NCBI GenBank assembly: GCA_030424665.1
Contig: JAUHWN010000004.1
Span: 679-64,678 of the forward strand
Origin: Bdellovibrionia bacterium
Lineage (GTDB): Bacteria > Bdellovibrionota > Bdellovibrionia > Bdellovibrionales > JAGQZY01
Direction of reading: 5' to 3'
DNA: 64,000 nucleotides
Shown here in pieces: positions 28,041 through 38,600 of this stretch. A program made the translations under genes and the position numbers. Within the stretch, counting starts at the first letter, position 1, and each line of letters starts with the position of its first letter. A model generated the notes under the pieces. That model was not told the DNA's origin. It searched no databases and saw only the letters and a program-made list of their open reading frames with translations.

Positions 28041-31000
28041 AGCTGATTCTATCATTGCTCGTCATTCTCAGTGTTTGTAATCCTGCTAGAGCTCAGCATA
28101 TTAAAGCAGAGATAAATGCTGACCCGGATTCAAATGTCGACACAAATTCCGTTGCTGAAATCGAAGTCTATCTTTTTGAGTCTGGAGAGGCTGTTCGGTT
28201 TGCGCCCATTTTAATCGATGGAGCTGCAGTCGCTAAAACAGACGAGGATGGATTTGCTATCCTCCAAAGTTTTACGGGGCTCAGAACTATTGAATTCGTT
28301 TTGAATCAAGGCAGAACACTTAAATATCCAGCTCAGTTTAAGAAAGATCAGCCTGGAAAACTCTTCATTAACATCAGAGGAGAATCTTTAGTTTCTGATT
28401 TTGAAAAAACCCAAAGGTCGATCGAGAAAAAAAGGATCGTCGGTCAGAATGTTGTTGAATTGCAAGGAACCGTTAAGGACGCGGAATCTGGAGCTCAACT
28501 CAGAGGTGCAAAAATCTTTTTTATGGGTATAGAAGAAGAGGCTGTGAGTGACGTCTATGGTAACTTTCGTGTCAAAGTTCCAGTTGGTCAGCATACCCTA
28601 ACAGTGGTTCACCCCAAGTATTCAAGTAAAACTATTAAAGACCTCGAAATCAGCACGAGGGCAAAAACAATTTCTATAGAATTGGAGTCGTCGGGCCTAA
28701 AGCTCGATGACTTTGTCGTTCTAGCTCCTAAGGTTCAGGGATCCGTATCGGCCCTCATCGAGCTCAGAAGAAATACGAGTAATGTAGCGGAAGTACTTGG
28801 TGCCGAACAAATTTCGAAATCAGGTGATAGTGATGTCGCAGCCAGTTTAAAAAGGGTGACTGGTCTAACCCTAGTGGATGGAAAATTTGTTTATGTAAGG
28901 GGGCTCGGTGAGAGATATTCGAGCATTTTACTCAATGGGTTTAATCTACCGAGTCCGGATCCATATCGACGGGTGATCCCTCTTGATATGTTTCCTACCA
29001 GTGTTCTTGAATCGATGGTCATCCAAAAAAGTTACTCTCCCGATCGTCCTGGTGAATTCGGAGGAGGGACTATTGAGATGCGTACTAAGTCGATCCCTAA
29101 GAAGTTTTTCTTTAAATACTCTTTTGGAAGTTCAGTCGAAGACTACGAGAACTTCAAGTCCTACAATGGAGGTAAAACCGATGCACTTGGATTTGATGAT
29201 GGAACAAGGGCTCTCCCGGTAGCATTAAAAGAGGCATTGGCTGGAAATCGTGAACTTAGAGAAGTGAATCCATTTAACCCAGAGGGATTTACAGCCGAAG
29301 AGTTAACGACTCTCTCTAGGAGCCTATCGAATAATTATTCGATCAAATCAGAAGATCCTGAAGTTCCTTATGACATCAAAGTTGCCAGCGGAGGTCAGTT
29401 GGATCTTGGAGTAGGGCGCTTTGGTCTCATGGGGTCCGTGCTTTATAAAAATAGTTTCGATCAAGACATAAAACAACAGTCCAAATATTTGTCCACTGGA
29501 GAGGAGCTTGTCGAAAGTGAGTCACGACGTATAGAGGAAAATGAAAAGACGGTTAATTTAGCACTCAGTTTAGACTTTGGTTTTCAGTGGAATAAGAAAA
29601 ACAGGATTGAGGTAACTAATTTGTTACTTCGAAAGACGACAGATACTGTCGAAATAAATTCTGGTACAAATGCCGAAGGTGAAAATACGATCGATACCAC
29701 TCTAGACTACATTGAAACTCAATTGAGATCCCATCAATTGCGAGGAAGTCACGAGGACCTCTTTGCGGGAAATGGCATAGATTGGCGAGTCTCTCAATCT
29801 CAGGCTCTGCGAAGTAATCCTGATCAAAGATTTTATCGGTTCGAAGAAGTTGACAGTGAATATCGTTTCAGTAACCGCAATGATGGCAATCAAAGGTTGT
29901 ACAATGAGCTCGTCGACGACATTATTGATTATGGCTTCGACCTGAGTATTCCTGTAAGTCTGGGTTCTATCGTTGATAGTTTTAAAATTCGAACGGGTGC
30001 GAGTCTGACCGAAAAAAGGCGAGAGAATGACACGAGACGTTTCACGTTTTCGGATAAGCGAACTAATGGGTCGGCTGAAGATTTAAAAGGAGATATCAAC
30101 GAGGTCCTAGGGCAAAGCGCAATTGGTCGGGATGGTTTTCTGTTGGTCGAGTCAACCCGGGCGACGGATAACTACTTTGCGAAACAGCGAATCGGAGCCA
30201 TTTATGCGCTCATGGAGAGCGAGATAACTTCTAAGCTAAAGATTCTCGCTGGGGCCCGATATGAGAATTCAAAACAGGAAGTGACGACTTTTGATTTACA
30301 CAACAAAGACAACTTACCAATTCGTGCGGAACTTGAAACAGTAGATATTCTTCCAGTTTATACGGCAACGTATAAGTTGAATCGAAAGGGTAATATGCAG
30401 CTTCGAGCCTCATACTCAGAGACCCTTTCGCGACCTGATTTTAGAGAATTGAGTAGCTCAACTTATACCGACGATATTGACAATATCGAAGTTGAAGGGA
30501 ATCCAGAGTTAGAAACGGCAGTCATAAGTAATTCTGATTTGCGATGGGAATATTACTTTAGTTCCGATGAGCAAATTAGTTTTGGAGGTTTTTACAAGTA
30601 CTTCGAGAAACCGATCGAAGCCATCATTAAGCCAGGAACAGAAGGAAAGCGATCATTTGATAATGCGAAGTTTGCGCGTAACTATGGCCTTGAGTTTGAT
30701 ACTCGATTTCGTCTCAAGCCAATGAGTAAAAATTTAAGAAATTTTACTATTGGAACTAATGTTTCTAGAATTTTATCAAAGGTTGAAATCGATGAAGCTT
30801 CCAAGTCTATTCAAACCTCTGATGTTAGGCCACTTCAAGGACAGTCTCCTTACGTCTTTAATTTTCAGCTGGAGTATGACCGCAAAAAATCGGGAACTAC
30901 GGCTTCTCTTTTGTACAATGTCTTTGGCCAAAGAATCACTGAGGTGGGAACAAGTAAGCGTCCAGATATAATTGAAGATCCCTTTTATCAACTGGATTTT

Positions 31001-31153
31001 GTTCTCAAACAAAAAATTGGAAAAACTTATTCTGTTGGATTGAAGGCGAAGAATCTGCTCGACCCCTACGCGACGGCTCGGCAAGGTGCTGAGGTAACTC
31101 GACGTTATAAAAAAGGGCGTGCATTTAGCCTTGCTTTTTCGGGGAGTTACTAA
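28031..31153 (+). CDS. TonB-dependent receptor with N-terminal carboxypeptidase-regulatory-like domains
   Basis: G.VKDAESG..L.GA extension, plug region (YVRGLGERY) and a beta-barrel ending in an aromatic residue (FSGSY). Confidence 0.93.
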   Translation: MFVKLILSLLVILSVCNPARAQHIKAEINADPDSNVDTNSVAEIEVYLFESGEAVRFAPILIDGAAVAKTDEDGFAILQSFTGLRTIEFVLNQGRTLKYPAQFKKDQPGKLFINIRGESLVSDFEKTQRSIEKKRIVGQNVVELQGTVKDAESGAQLRGAKIFFMGIEEEAVSDVYGNFRVKVPVGQHTLTVVHPKYSSKTIKDLEISTRAKTISIELESSGLKLDDFVVLAPKVQGSVSALIELRRNTSNVAEVLGAEQISKSGDSDVAASLKRVTGLTLVDGKFVYVRGLGERYSSILLNGFNLPSPDPYRRVIPLDMFPTSVLESMVIQKSYSPDRPGEFGGGTIEMRTKSIPKKFFFKYSFGSSVEDYENFKSYNGGKTDALGFDDGTRALPVALKEALAGNRELREVNPFNPEGFTAEELTTLSRSLSNNYSIKSEDPEVPYDIKVASGGQLDLGVGRFGLMGSVLYKNSFDQDIKQQSKYLSTGEELVESESRRIEENEKTVNLALSLDFGFQWNKKNRIEVTNLLLRKTTDTVEINSGTNAEGENTIDTTLDYIETQLRSHQLRGSHEDLFAGNGIDWRVSQSQALRSNPDQRFYRFEEVDSEYRFSNRNDGNQRLYNELVDDIIDYGFDLSIPVSLGSIVDSFKIRTGASLTEKRRENDTRRFTFSDKRTNGSAEDLKGDINEVLGQSAIGRDGFLLVESTRATDNYFAKQRIGAIYALMESEITSKLKILAGARYENSKQEVTTFDLHNKDNLPIRAELETVDILPVYTATYKLNRKGNMQLRASYSETLSRPDFRELSSSTYTDDIDNIEVEGNPELETAVISNSDLRWEYYFSSDEQISFGGFYKYFEKPIEAIIKPGTEGKRSFDNAKFARNYGLEFDTRFRLKPMSKNLRNFTIGTNVSRILSKVEIDEASKSIQTSDVRPLQGQSPYVFNFQLEYDRKKSGTTASLLYNVFGQRITEVGTSKRPDIIEDPFYQLDFVLKQKIGKTYSVGLKAKNLLDPYATARQGAEVTRRYKKGRAFSLAFSGSY

Positions 31154-31930
31154 ATGGCGAGTTTGACGAGAGGTAATATGAACTCCAGCTTCAGATTTGG
31201 AATAATAGTGGCTTTGCTATTAATAAATTTCGGATTGAGTTCATGCGGGTATCACCGCACTGTCTCTAAAGAAACTTCAGCGGATGGTAGCTTCGAGGGA
31301 GGTGATAAGCCGAAAACCTCAGCCGAAAAAAATCTCTTTGAACTTGTCGAGAGTGGAGACATAGAAAGTTTACGCTTACGAATCGCTCGAGGAAGCGATC
31401 TCGCTTTGACCAATGAAAAAGGTCAGTCTCTTATAATGTGGGCTGTTATATGGAACCAAAAAGAGATCATTGAATTACTTCTCCAAGAGGGAGTTAACCT
31501 TGAGATTCGTGATAAAGATGGAAGGACTGTCCTCGAATATCGCGACGTCAGTGAGGAGCTCGTGGTCTTTATTGAGGCCTGGCAAATGCGCGAAGAGCTA
31601 CAGACTGAATTTAAGGAGGCTCTTGAAATTGCTGACTTTAAAAGAGTTTCTGAACTCCTCGAACTGGGAGTGAGCCCAAGTGTCCGCTATGAGGAAGGTG
31701 CAACGGCTCTCATTTTAGTTCTTAAAATAGCAGACCCTAAGGACCGTGGAAGTTATCGAAATTTTCGCAGAGTGATACAGGCCCTTCTTAAATTAGACAC
31801 GAGTCGCAAGCCAGTCTATGAGGTTGATTTGAATGCTCAAGATGATTTTGGGAAGTCGGCACTCGACTGGGCCAAAGAAAAAGGGGACCGCGGTTTGGTT
31901 AAAAATTTGGAGATGATTGGAGCACTCTGA
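31154..31930 (+). CDS. Ankyrin-repeat lipoprotein
   Basis: Lipobox LSSC; ankyrin repeats GQSLIMWAV, GRTVL, GATALI and GKSALDWA; the start may be ATG 31178. Confidence 0.8.
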   Translation: MASLTRGNMNSSFRFGIIVALLLINFGLSSCGYHRTVSKETSADGSFEGGDKPKTSAEKNLFELVESGDIESLRLRIARGSDLALTNEKGQSLIMWAVIWNQKEIIELLLQEGVNLEIRDKDGRTVLEYRDVSEELVVFIEAWQMREELQTEFKEALEIADFKRVSELLELGVSPSVRYEEGATALILVLKIADPKDRGSYRNFRRVIQALLKLDTSRKPVYEVDLNAQDDFGKSALDWAKEKGDRGLVKNLEMIGAL

Positions 31931-32026
31931 GTCCATTCTAAATAAGCGTTTCATACTGATAATTCATAAGTTAAGATTTCCTAAACATTGTCTAAAATAT
32001 CCCAGTGGTTTTCATAAATTAGTCTC

Positions 32027-32049
32027 AATTCAGCTCCTGCTGAATTTTT
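32027..32049 (+). terminator. Possible terminator after the ankyrin gene
   Basis: AATTCAGC-TCCT-GCTGAATT followed by TTT. Confidence 0.45.
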
Positions 32050-32082
32050 GTTCTTGAAAATAAAAAACTTAGTTTTAGGGCC

Positions 32083-32110
32083 TAAACAGGATCAGACCTT
32101 AGTCCGATAA
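32083..32110 (+). promoter_or_regulatory. Putative sigma28-type promoter of the subtilase gene
   Basis: TAAA-N16-TCCGATAA. Confidence 0.6.
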
Positions 32111-32132
32111 ATATAAAGTCTACGGGGAGTTT

Positions 32133-33995
32133 TTGGTGTCTATTAGGTCCTTACTTTGCCTATTGGTTTTATTGGGGTGGATGAGTCCGGGGTTCGCACA
32201 AGATTTTGTTCCAGGGGAAGTCATCGTAAAATTGAAAGATCGCGACTCTGGCAAAGCCAATTTCATGAGTAAGTCGTCAGCTTCGATGACTCTCAAAAAA
32301 TCCTATCCGGTTTTAAGAACTCACAAAATGGCCCTAAAAAGCGGTGCCGATGTTATGGCCACAGTCGATGCCCTTAATAATGACCCCGACGTCGAATATG
32401 CTGAGCCAAATTATTACCTCAGAAAATCAAGCACTGAGCAGGCCCAAGGCCGTGTCGATTACGAAAGTGCCCAGGCGGCATTTTATGAAGTTCAATCTAT
32501 GAGTGGATCGAGCTTTAATCAAAGTAGCGCCAATATTCAGGCCGAGCAGGCTTGGGATTTATTGTCCGGGGGGGCGACTCCTCCGGTGATCGCAGTCATT
32601 GATACTGGAGTTGATTATAATCACGATGTTTTTCAAGACAGCGGAGCCATGTGGGTTAATCCCGGAGAAGTGCCTGGTAATGGAATTGACGATGATAATA
32701 ATGGTTACATTGACGATATTCATGGCTGGAACTTTGTGGCCAATAGTAATTCGCCCATTGATGACGATGATCATGGAACTCACGTAGCTGGAATTATCTT
32801 GGGATCAACCCAGAATATTTTGGCGTCACCAATCGGTTCAGCTCAAATTCGAATTATGGCTCTTAAGTTTCTTGATGACCAGGGGATCGGAACCACGACG
32901 GACGCCATTGAAGCTATTCATTATGCGATAAACAATGGTGCAAAAGTTCTCAATAACTCATGGGGTGGAGGAGGATATTCTCAAGCTCTCAGAGACGCTA
33001 TTGTATCCTCTAATAATAATGATCTAGTTTTTATTGCCGCCGCTGGAAACCAAGCTTCAAATAATGATAGCTACGCGACTTATCCTGCCAACTACGACAT
33101 TCCCAATGTATTTTCGGTAGCGGCCACGAACGACTACGACTACCTCGCTAGTTTTTCGAACTATGGTAAGAGTACAGTCCATATAGCAAGTCCCGGTGTT
33201 TCCATATACAGTACACTCGCTGGAAATAGCATGGGGTATCTTTCGGGAACAAGTATGGCAGCTCCCTTTGTTGCGGGTCTTGCGGCTATGATGGTTCATG
33301 AAGAAAGTAGTATCGATGGCTTTCAAGTAAAAACGATAATTGAAGATACGGCCAATCGTGTTCTTAGTTTACAAAACCGTGTTGCCAGTGAGTCTCGGAT
33401 TAATATGTACAACGCTGTTAATGTCGCAGCGACGGGACAAGCTCTCAATTATCAGCCAGGGAGTAACATTGACCCCTCAAGAGAAATCGCTTCTGAAGTT
33501 CAGGGTGGTGGTTGCGCGGCAATTCTTCCGCTTATAAAAGATATTATTGGTGGTCCTAAGGGACCATCGGGTCCCGCGAATTACTTACGCTTTCTCGGAC
33601 TGCTTCTGGTTCTTCTTTCTCCGGTAATGATTCTATTGACCATGAGAAATGCGAGTAAAGAACGAGAGGCCCAAGGCGGTGGACAGAATAGACGACGTTA
33701 TGACCGTTTTAAAGTCGATACTCAGGTGCAGATTTTCTTTGGTAGTCAGCAGCTTTGTGGTGCTGTCAGTTGTATTTCCCTGGGGGGGGTAAGAATTGAT
33801 ACCCATGATTCACTTCACGACGGAGATCAAATTTCAATGAAGATCCAAGGACCTGACGAAGATAGCTACATCGAAGCCAGTGGTGAAATCGTTTGGTCGA
33901 AGGATCAAGAATCCTATGGTGTGAAGTTCAACGAAATCGATGATATGAATAAGGTTCAGATCAGCGAGTGGACAAAGGTTCTAGAAAAAGACTAA
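32133..33995 (+). CDS. S8 subtilisin-like serine protease with C-terminal TM segment and PilZ domain
   Basis: Signal peptide, propeptide, triad IDTG / HGTHVAG / GTSMAAP; GGGC plus hydrophobic segment; RRRYDR and ISLGG PilZ motifs. Confidence 0.9.
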   Translation: MVSIRSLLCLLVLLGWMSPGFAQDFVPGEVIVKLKDRDSGKANFMSKSSASMTLKKSYPVLRTHKMALKSGADVMATVDALNNDPDVEYAEPNYYLRKSSTEQAQGRVDYESAQAAFYEVQSMSGSSFNQSSANIQAEQAWDLLSGGATPPVIAVIDTGVDYNHDVFQDSGAMWVNPGEVPGNGIDDDNNGYIDDIHGWNFVANSNSPIDDDDHGTHVAGIILGSTQNILASPIGSAQIRIMALKFLDDQGIGTTTDAIEAIHYAINNGAKVLNNSWGGGGYSQALRDAIVSSNNNDLVFIAAAGNQASNNDSYATYPANYDIPNVFSVAATNDYDYLASFSNYGKSTVHIASPGVSIYSTLAGNSMGYLSGTSMAAPFVAGLAAMMVHEESSIDGFQVKTIIEDTANRVLSLQNRVASESRINMYNAVNVAATGQALNYQPGSNIDPSREIASEVQGGGCAAILPLIKDIIGGPKGPSGPANYLRFLGLLLVLLSPVMILLTMRNASKEREAQGGGQNRRRYDRFKVDTQVQIFFGSQQLCGAVSCISLGGVRIDTHDSLHDGDQISMKIQGPDEDSYIEASGEIVWSKDQESYGVKFNEIDDMNKVQISEWTKVLEKD

Positions 33996-34023
33996 ATTAT
34001 TAATTTTATTAATTCAAAAAAGC

Positions 34024-34051
34024 CAAGAGAAAGACGTTCGTCTTTCTCTTG
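34024..34051. terminator. Hairpin between convergent genes
   Basis: 12-bp perfect stem CAAGAGAAAGAC-GTTC-GTCTTTCTCTTG. Confidence 0.65.
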
Positions 34052-34068
34052 TTTCGATCGTTGTTCAA

Positions 34069-34581
34069 TTAAAATATAATTTGGACCTTGAGCATCCAGT
34101 CACTGACGATGTTTCCGCGATAGATGTCTTCGCTGCCGATGGCATTAATAATATTTAAATTCTCGATACCAATATTGAGCCCTTGGGTGATTGTCATCAT
34201 GGTGCCAATGGCAAACATCGGTGTGAGTGTCACCTCTCCATCGAAATTGTCGATTTTGATTCGTGTTATGCCAAGGCCAGGCGCTGCGTAGATTTCCCAA
34301 GAGCGAATCGGAAAATGAGCCTTGTAAAAAGCACCAAAGTTAATGACTTCGGGCTGACCATTATCACCACCGGTGTAGAAGCGAGCTAATCCGCCGATGC
34401 CAAAATCTCTATGGAGCATGTATTCGTAGTCGATTCCAAGGCCGATACCACCACCGTGAAATCCAAGAGCTCCCACAAGGTTGTGATCTCGATTGGCATA
34501 ATCCAGTTCAGGATTAAATAGTGAAGCCTGACAGATAGGGCTCAAACCGAGGATAAGAATTATTAGAGTTAGATATTTCAT
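34069..34581 (-). CDS. Small outer-membrane beta-barrel protein
   Basis: Signal peptide, about 8 amphipathic Gly/aromatic strands and a C-terminal Phe. Confidence 0.7.
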   Translation of the reverse strand: MKYLTLIILILGLSPICQASLFNPELDYANRDHNLVGALGFHGGGIGLGIDYEYMLHRDFGIGGLARFYTGGDNGQPEVINFGAFYKAHFPIRSWEIYAAPGLGITRIKIDNFDGEVTLTPMFAIGTMMTITQGLNIGIENLNIINAIGSEDIYRGNIVSDWMLKVQIIF

Positions 34582-34727
34582 AGGGCAACCTCCAGACCTT
34601 TATGACTCTTTCTGATTTCAGAAAAGAGATCAAGTCTGGGGGCGCTTTATCAGTCTTTTGGGCACTGAGTTAAAGGCAAGAAAATTTCGTCCACGTTTCT
34701 CCTTAAAAAAGAAAGCTGTGATTGAAC

Positions 34728-35606
34728 TTAGTTTCCTCGCTCTTCTGTCGTTCCATAGGTTTCTGTAAAGAAGTCCATGTCCACTTCGGGGACTTTAGCT
34801 TCGCAAATATCTTTGATCCCTTGGGGAGCATTTCTGAGTTCACCGGATTGACTCACACCAAGCACGAGCCACAAGTCTTCAGCAATGGCGTCTTGTCTAT
34901 AGACGCCATTACAGAAAACGTTGACGTTATCAAAGAGTGCTTTTGGGAAGATGCCTGCTTGTCCAGCAGCTTCGATACCAAATTCAGGACCTTCTCTTTC
35001 GAATTGAAGAAGAACATCATTGTTGTCGCCAAGAGCGTACTTTTCACTCTGGGGATCAATGTAATCGAAGACCTCTGGGTTTCTGATGGCTCGAAAAACA
35101 TGTTGAACCATACGGTTTGCGCTAACCTCGGTCAGTTGGGTTTTAGTCCAAATTTCATCACTATCGCGCATACCACGGGCCACAGTTTTGTACTTACCAT
35201 TATCTAAGCGTCTAGAGACAGTGATATAGGCTTTTAATCGGTGACCTCTTGGGCTGCCTTCTCCACCATAGCGAATCCATTGGGATCTATTCAGGTGAAG
35301 GTTGAGGATAATGCTGACTTTATAGGCGGCATCTTCTTGATCGGCTCCTCCTAATCGTCCACCGGAGTGCTCTTCGACGCTGGGAACGAACCACTCGTGT
35401 TTTCCGATCATCATATTTTGAATGCGACTTTCACTTTGAGTTAGTTCAATTTCGCTCATATCGCCACCTTGTTCATACTCGACAAAGACGCGGTTAAACT
35501 GCATTCCGCACTCAACATAGGGGAATTCGGTTATACTTTCTAGCTCGACAGCGAAGACTGTTGAAGACAAAAGCAGTAGTAGGGGGATTGATAAAAGTTT
35601 TTTCAT
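34728..35606 (-). CDS. Secreted hypothetical protein
   Basis: Signal peptide (STVFA); ATGA overlap with the stop of the upstream metalloprotease. Confidence 0.75.
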   Translation of the reverse strand: MKKLLSIPLLLLLSSTVFAVELESITEFPYVECGMQFNRVFVEYEQGGDMSEIELTQSESRIQNMMIGKHEWFVPSVEEHSGGRLGGADQEDAAYKVSIILNLHLNRSQWIRYGGEGSPRGHRLKAYITVSRRLDNGKYKTVARGMRDSDEIWTKTQLTEVSANRMVQHVFRAIRNPEVFDYIDPQSEKYALGDNNDVLLQFEREGPEFGIEAAGQAGIFPKALFDNVNVFCNGVYRQDAIAEDLWLVLGVSQSGELRNAPQGIKDICEAKVPEVDMDFFTETYGTTEERGN

Positions 35607-38600
35607 TGAACGTACTCCGGGTGAGTAAAGTAAAGAAACATATTCATAAATTGGATATTACTAAATAGGTAAGCGTACTGAAGCTCCATAAAGCTTTCGC
35701 TCAAAAGAATACTTAAGGCATTCTTTAATGGTCTTGGAAGTCCAAGGTCGTCCTTGAGTAGGGTCGCATAGGCAATCCAAACGCCAGGGTTGACGCGAAT
35801 AAAATTCTTAATGCGATTTTGTTGGGCCAATATGAACTCAAACTTCTCTTGAAGCGGAACGTTGTCGTCGTCCTGGATTTCGATGACCTGGACGGCTGTT
35901 TGAATGAGCTTGTCCATTTCTTGGAGGAAAAGTCGAGCTTCTCTCGAGCCTGTATTTTCTGGAAAATTCCTAAGCCCCTCGTTGATGGCACTTCGAATTT
36001 GTTCCTTTCGTTCGGCGAGAGCATCAAGTTCTGTTTGAGTTGCACCACCTTCGAGAATATAAACTTCTTCTTCTCTTCCTGCGCGAATTTCTTGTTCAGC
36101 CTTTTGTTTTCTGAGGTGAGTGATAAAGTACTCCTTAAAACTTTGTCTGAATTCAGTTTCGTGTTCGATCATAAATTTGAGATCTGCGGCATTTTTATGG
36201 ATCATATATGAGCCTAAAGCTCCATCAAATGGCCAGTATTTTAGGGTATTGATAGAATCCGGGTTTGAGCCGAGCTGGGTGAGCATGGGGACCCCAGAAA
36301 GTCGTTCGCTCTCGTGACCTAAAATACTGCCAAAGCGAAAGAAGCTAGAAAAATTGTCAGTGGCTTCAATTGTATTGGTGTCGAGCATAACCATAGCCGC
36401 AATGACTGAGTAGATACGGACAAGTTCACTGGACGTGGCAGAAAAGGTCGCATCGGGGACAATCTCTAGAGTCTTTTGCGGCGTTAAAAAGGCAGGCCGG
36501 AGTCTCTCGGAAAGAATCGAAATGATAAGCTGAATGGTTTCAGATTCAAAAGCGCTTCCTGAGATCACTTTTTCTAGGTCGGGGTAAGAGAATCGGACGA
36601 GCTGCTGATCGTATTCTGGAATACCAATACGTCGAGTAGTAAGCATCATCATGGCAATCACTTGATCAAACTCAATTCCTCTCACTTTGAGGCGTCCCAA
36701 CGAACCTTGTAGCCACTGATCTCTCGAAGGTTTGCGTTCGACAACATAGGTGATTTCCGGTAGATCCTGAGGCTGAATCGTGACTTCTTTAAAGCGATTT
36801 TCGATATCGAGTAATGGGTTGAGCTCGGGAGTGCGAATAATCGAATGGAAGAAATCGCGACCAAGAATTGCCGCTGAACCAAATTCATCTTCGATGGCAC
36901 CAAATTCCATGCGTAAGCCGAGATCAGTTTCGCTCCGTGTTTGAGCTTCGGTCTGCAAGCTGCGAATTCGGAAGGCCGTTTCATCGAGAAAGTGTCTAAT
37001 GCGAATAAAGTAAAAATAGAGGCGATAAATATAGCGATAAACTTGGTACCACTGAAAGTTAATACGATCTTTAGGCAAGTTCGTAAGGCTGTAAAAGGAA
37101 TGATAGTCATCGATAACATTACTCACGATTTCAGCTGGTGTCGTTCCAAGATCGTGACGATTACAGATAGGCGAGCGACGAGTGTCTTCATCACTACAGT
37201 ACATATAACGCTTATTAGGGATCTGCCTAATATGAGAAGTTTCGATCTCTTCCCAGTGTTCGAGATCGAGTTGGTCTTTGATATCTGAAATTTGAATAAA
37301 GCGATCGTTAATGATATTCCAGCTTTGTTCGCTGTCTGACATTCGGCTCTGATCAACCTCAAGAAGTCCCGTGTAGGCAGCGCGCACGGCCTGAACGTCA
37401 TAAGGGCCGGGGCCATTATATTCTAGATGGGCATCTGAAATGTAATCCATAACCGTAGTGTAGTTACGGTTGACCTCTTCGGGATTTTCGTCATCAAAGT
37501 TCCAGTTCTTTTTATCGTAGGAGCCCAGGAAATTATGACGGAGGCCGAAGGCGTGACCCAATTCGTGACTTAGAGTTTTACGATAGCTCGAAACCAAGAG
37601 TTCGGTAATGTCGCCATCGATATAGCGCTCAGAATAGCCGATTTCTTTGGTTTCTAGGACCGTGTGGCCAGAGTTAATATTTTTGATAACTTCATTAGTG
37701 AAAAGTTCTTTTTGAATTTCAAAAAGTGCCATTTGCTTTGTATTCTGATCTAGTCGCTCACTAGTGCGAATGTATTCCATCAACTCACGACCGAGACTCT
37801 CTCCAATTTTTGCCTCATCAGTCAGTGCGCCTTCTTCGAGGGTATTTTGTAAAGTTCTGAGCAAGAAGAGCTCTCTTTTGAGTTTAGGGTCTTCAGTACC
37901 TACTTGGTGGTTCGGAACCTCGAGACTTCTAATATCGAGCAGACTTCTATTCATACTAAGAGTTGCCTGAAAAATGTTTCGGTCTCTGCTCTCTTGTGGA
38001 AGGGTGTCGAGTCGCTCCACATAATTGATAGTTGGATTAAAGCCTGTGAAATCCATATCAGAATACCAAGGGATAGCGACCTCTTGGCTATCGCCAGCTT
38101 CGGCATCTCGTCTAGCCTCAAGAGCTTCCATTTCAGCACGCATTCTCTCGCCCGCCTGACGGACTCTTTCGCGACGTTCCTCATCGATTTGTTCTTGAAT
38201 ATCTTCAAGTTGATTCAGGCGTTCAATGGTCTCTCGATATTTCATGTTTTCGTTGTATTCTTTACGGGCCAGGGCGCGATCCTTTTCCCATTCCAAAACA
38301 TTGCGAATGTTTCCGCCGTAAACCATGACATCAGAATTTTCAAAAATTCCAGAGCGCGGATTCGGAGAAGGGTTAACCATTCCTAGAACTTTCATGCGAA
38401 GATCTTTGTCGAGCCAGTAAATAAAGTTCTTATCGAGGTCACCCAACTGGGCCGAATCGTCCTCTAGAACTTCGAGAGCTAGGTAATTGCCCGCTCGCTC
38501 AAGGGGAGTGTCTTTAAAAGCCTTTTTAAGGGTTCGATTCCAGTCTTCAATGACACTTTGAGTGGCTTCAATAAGACCTGCGCGCAGACGCCCATCATTG

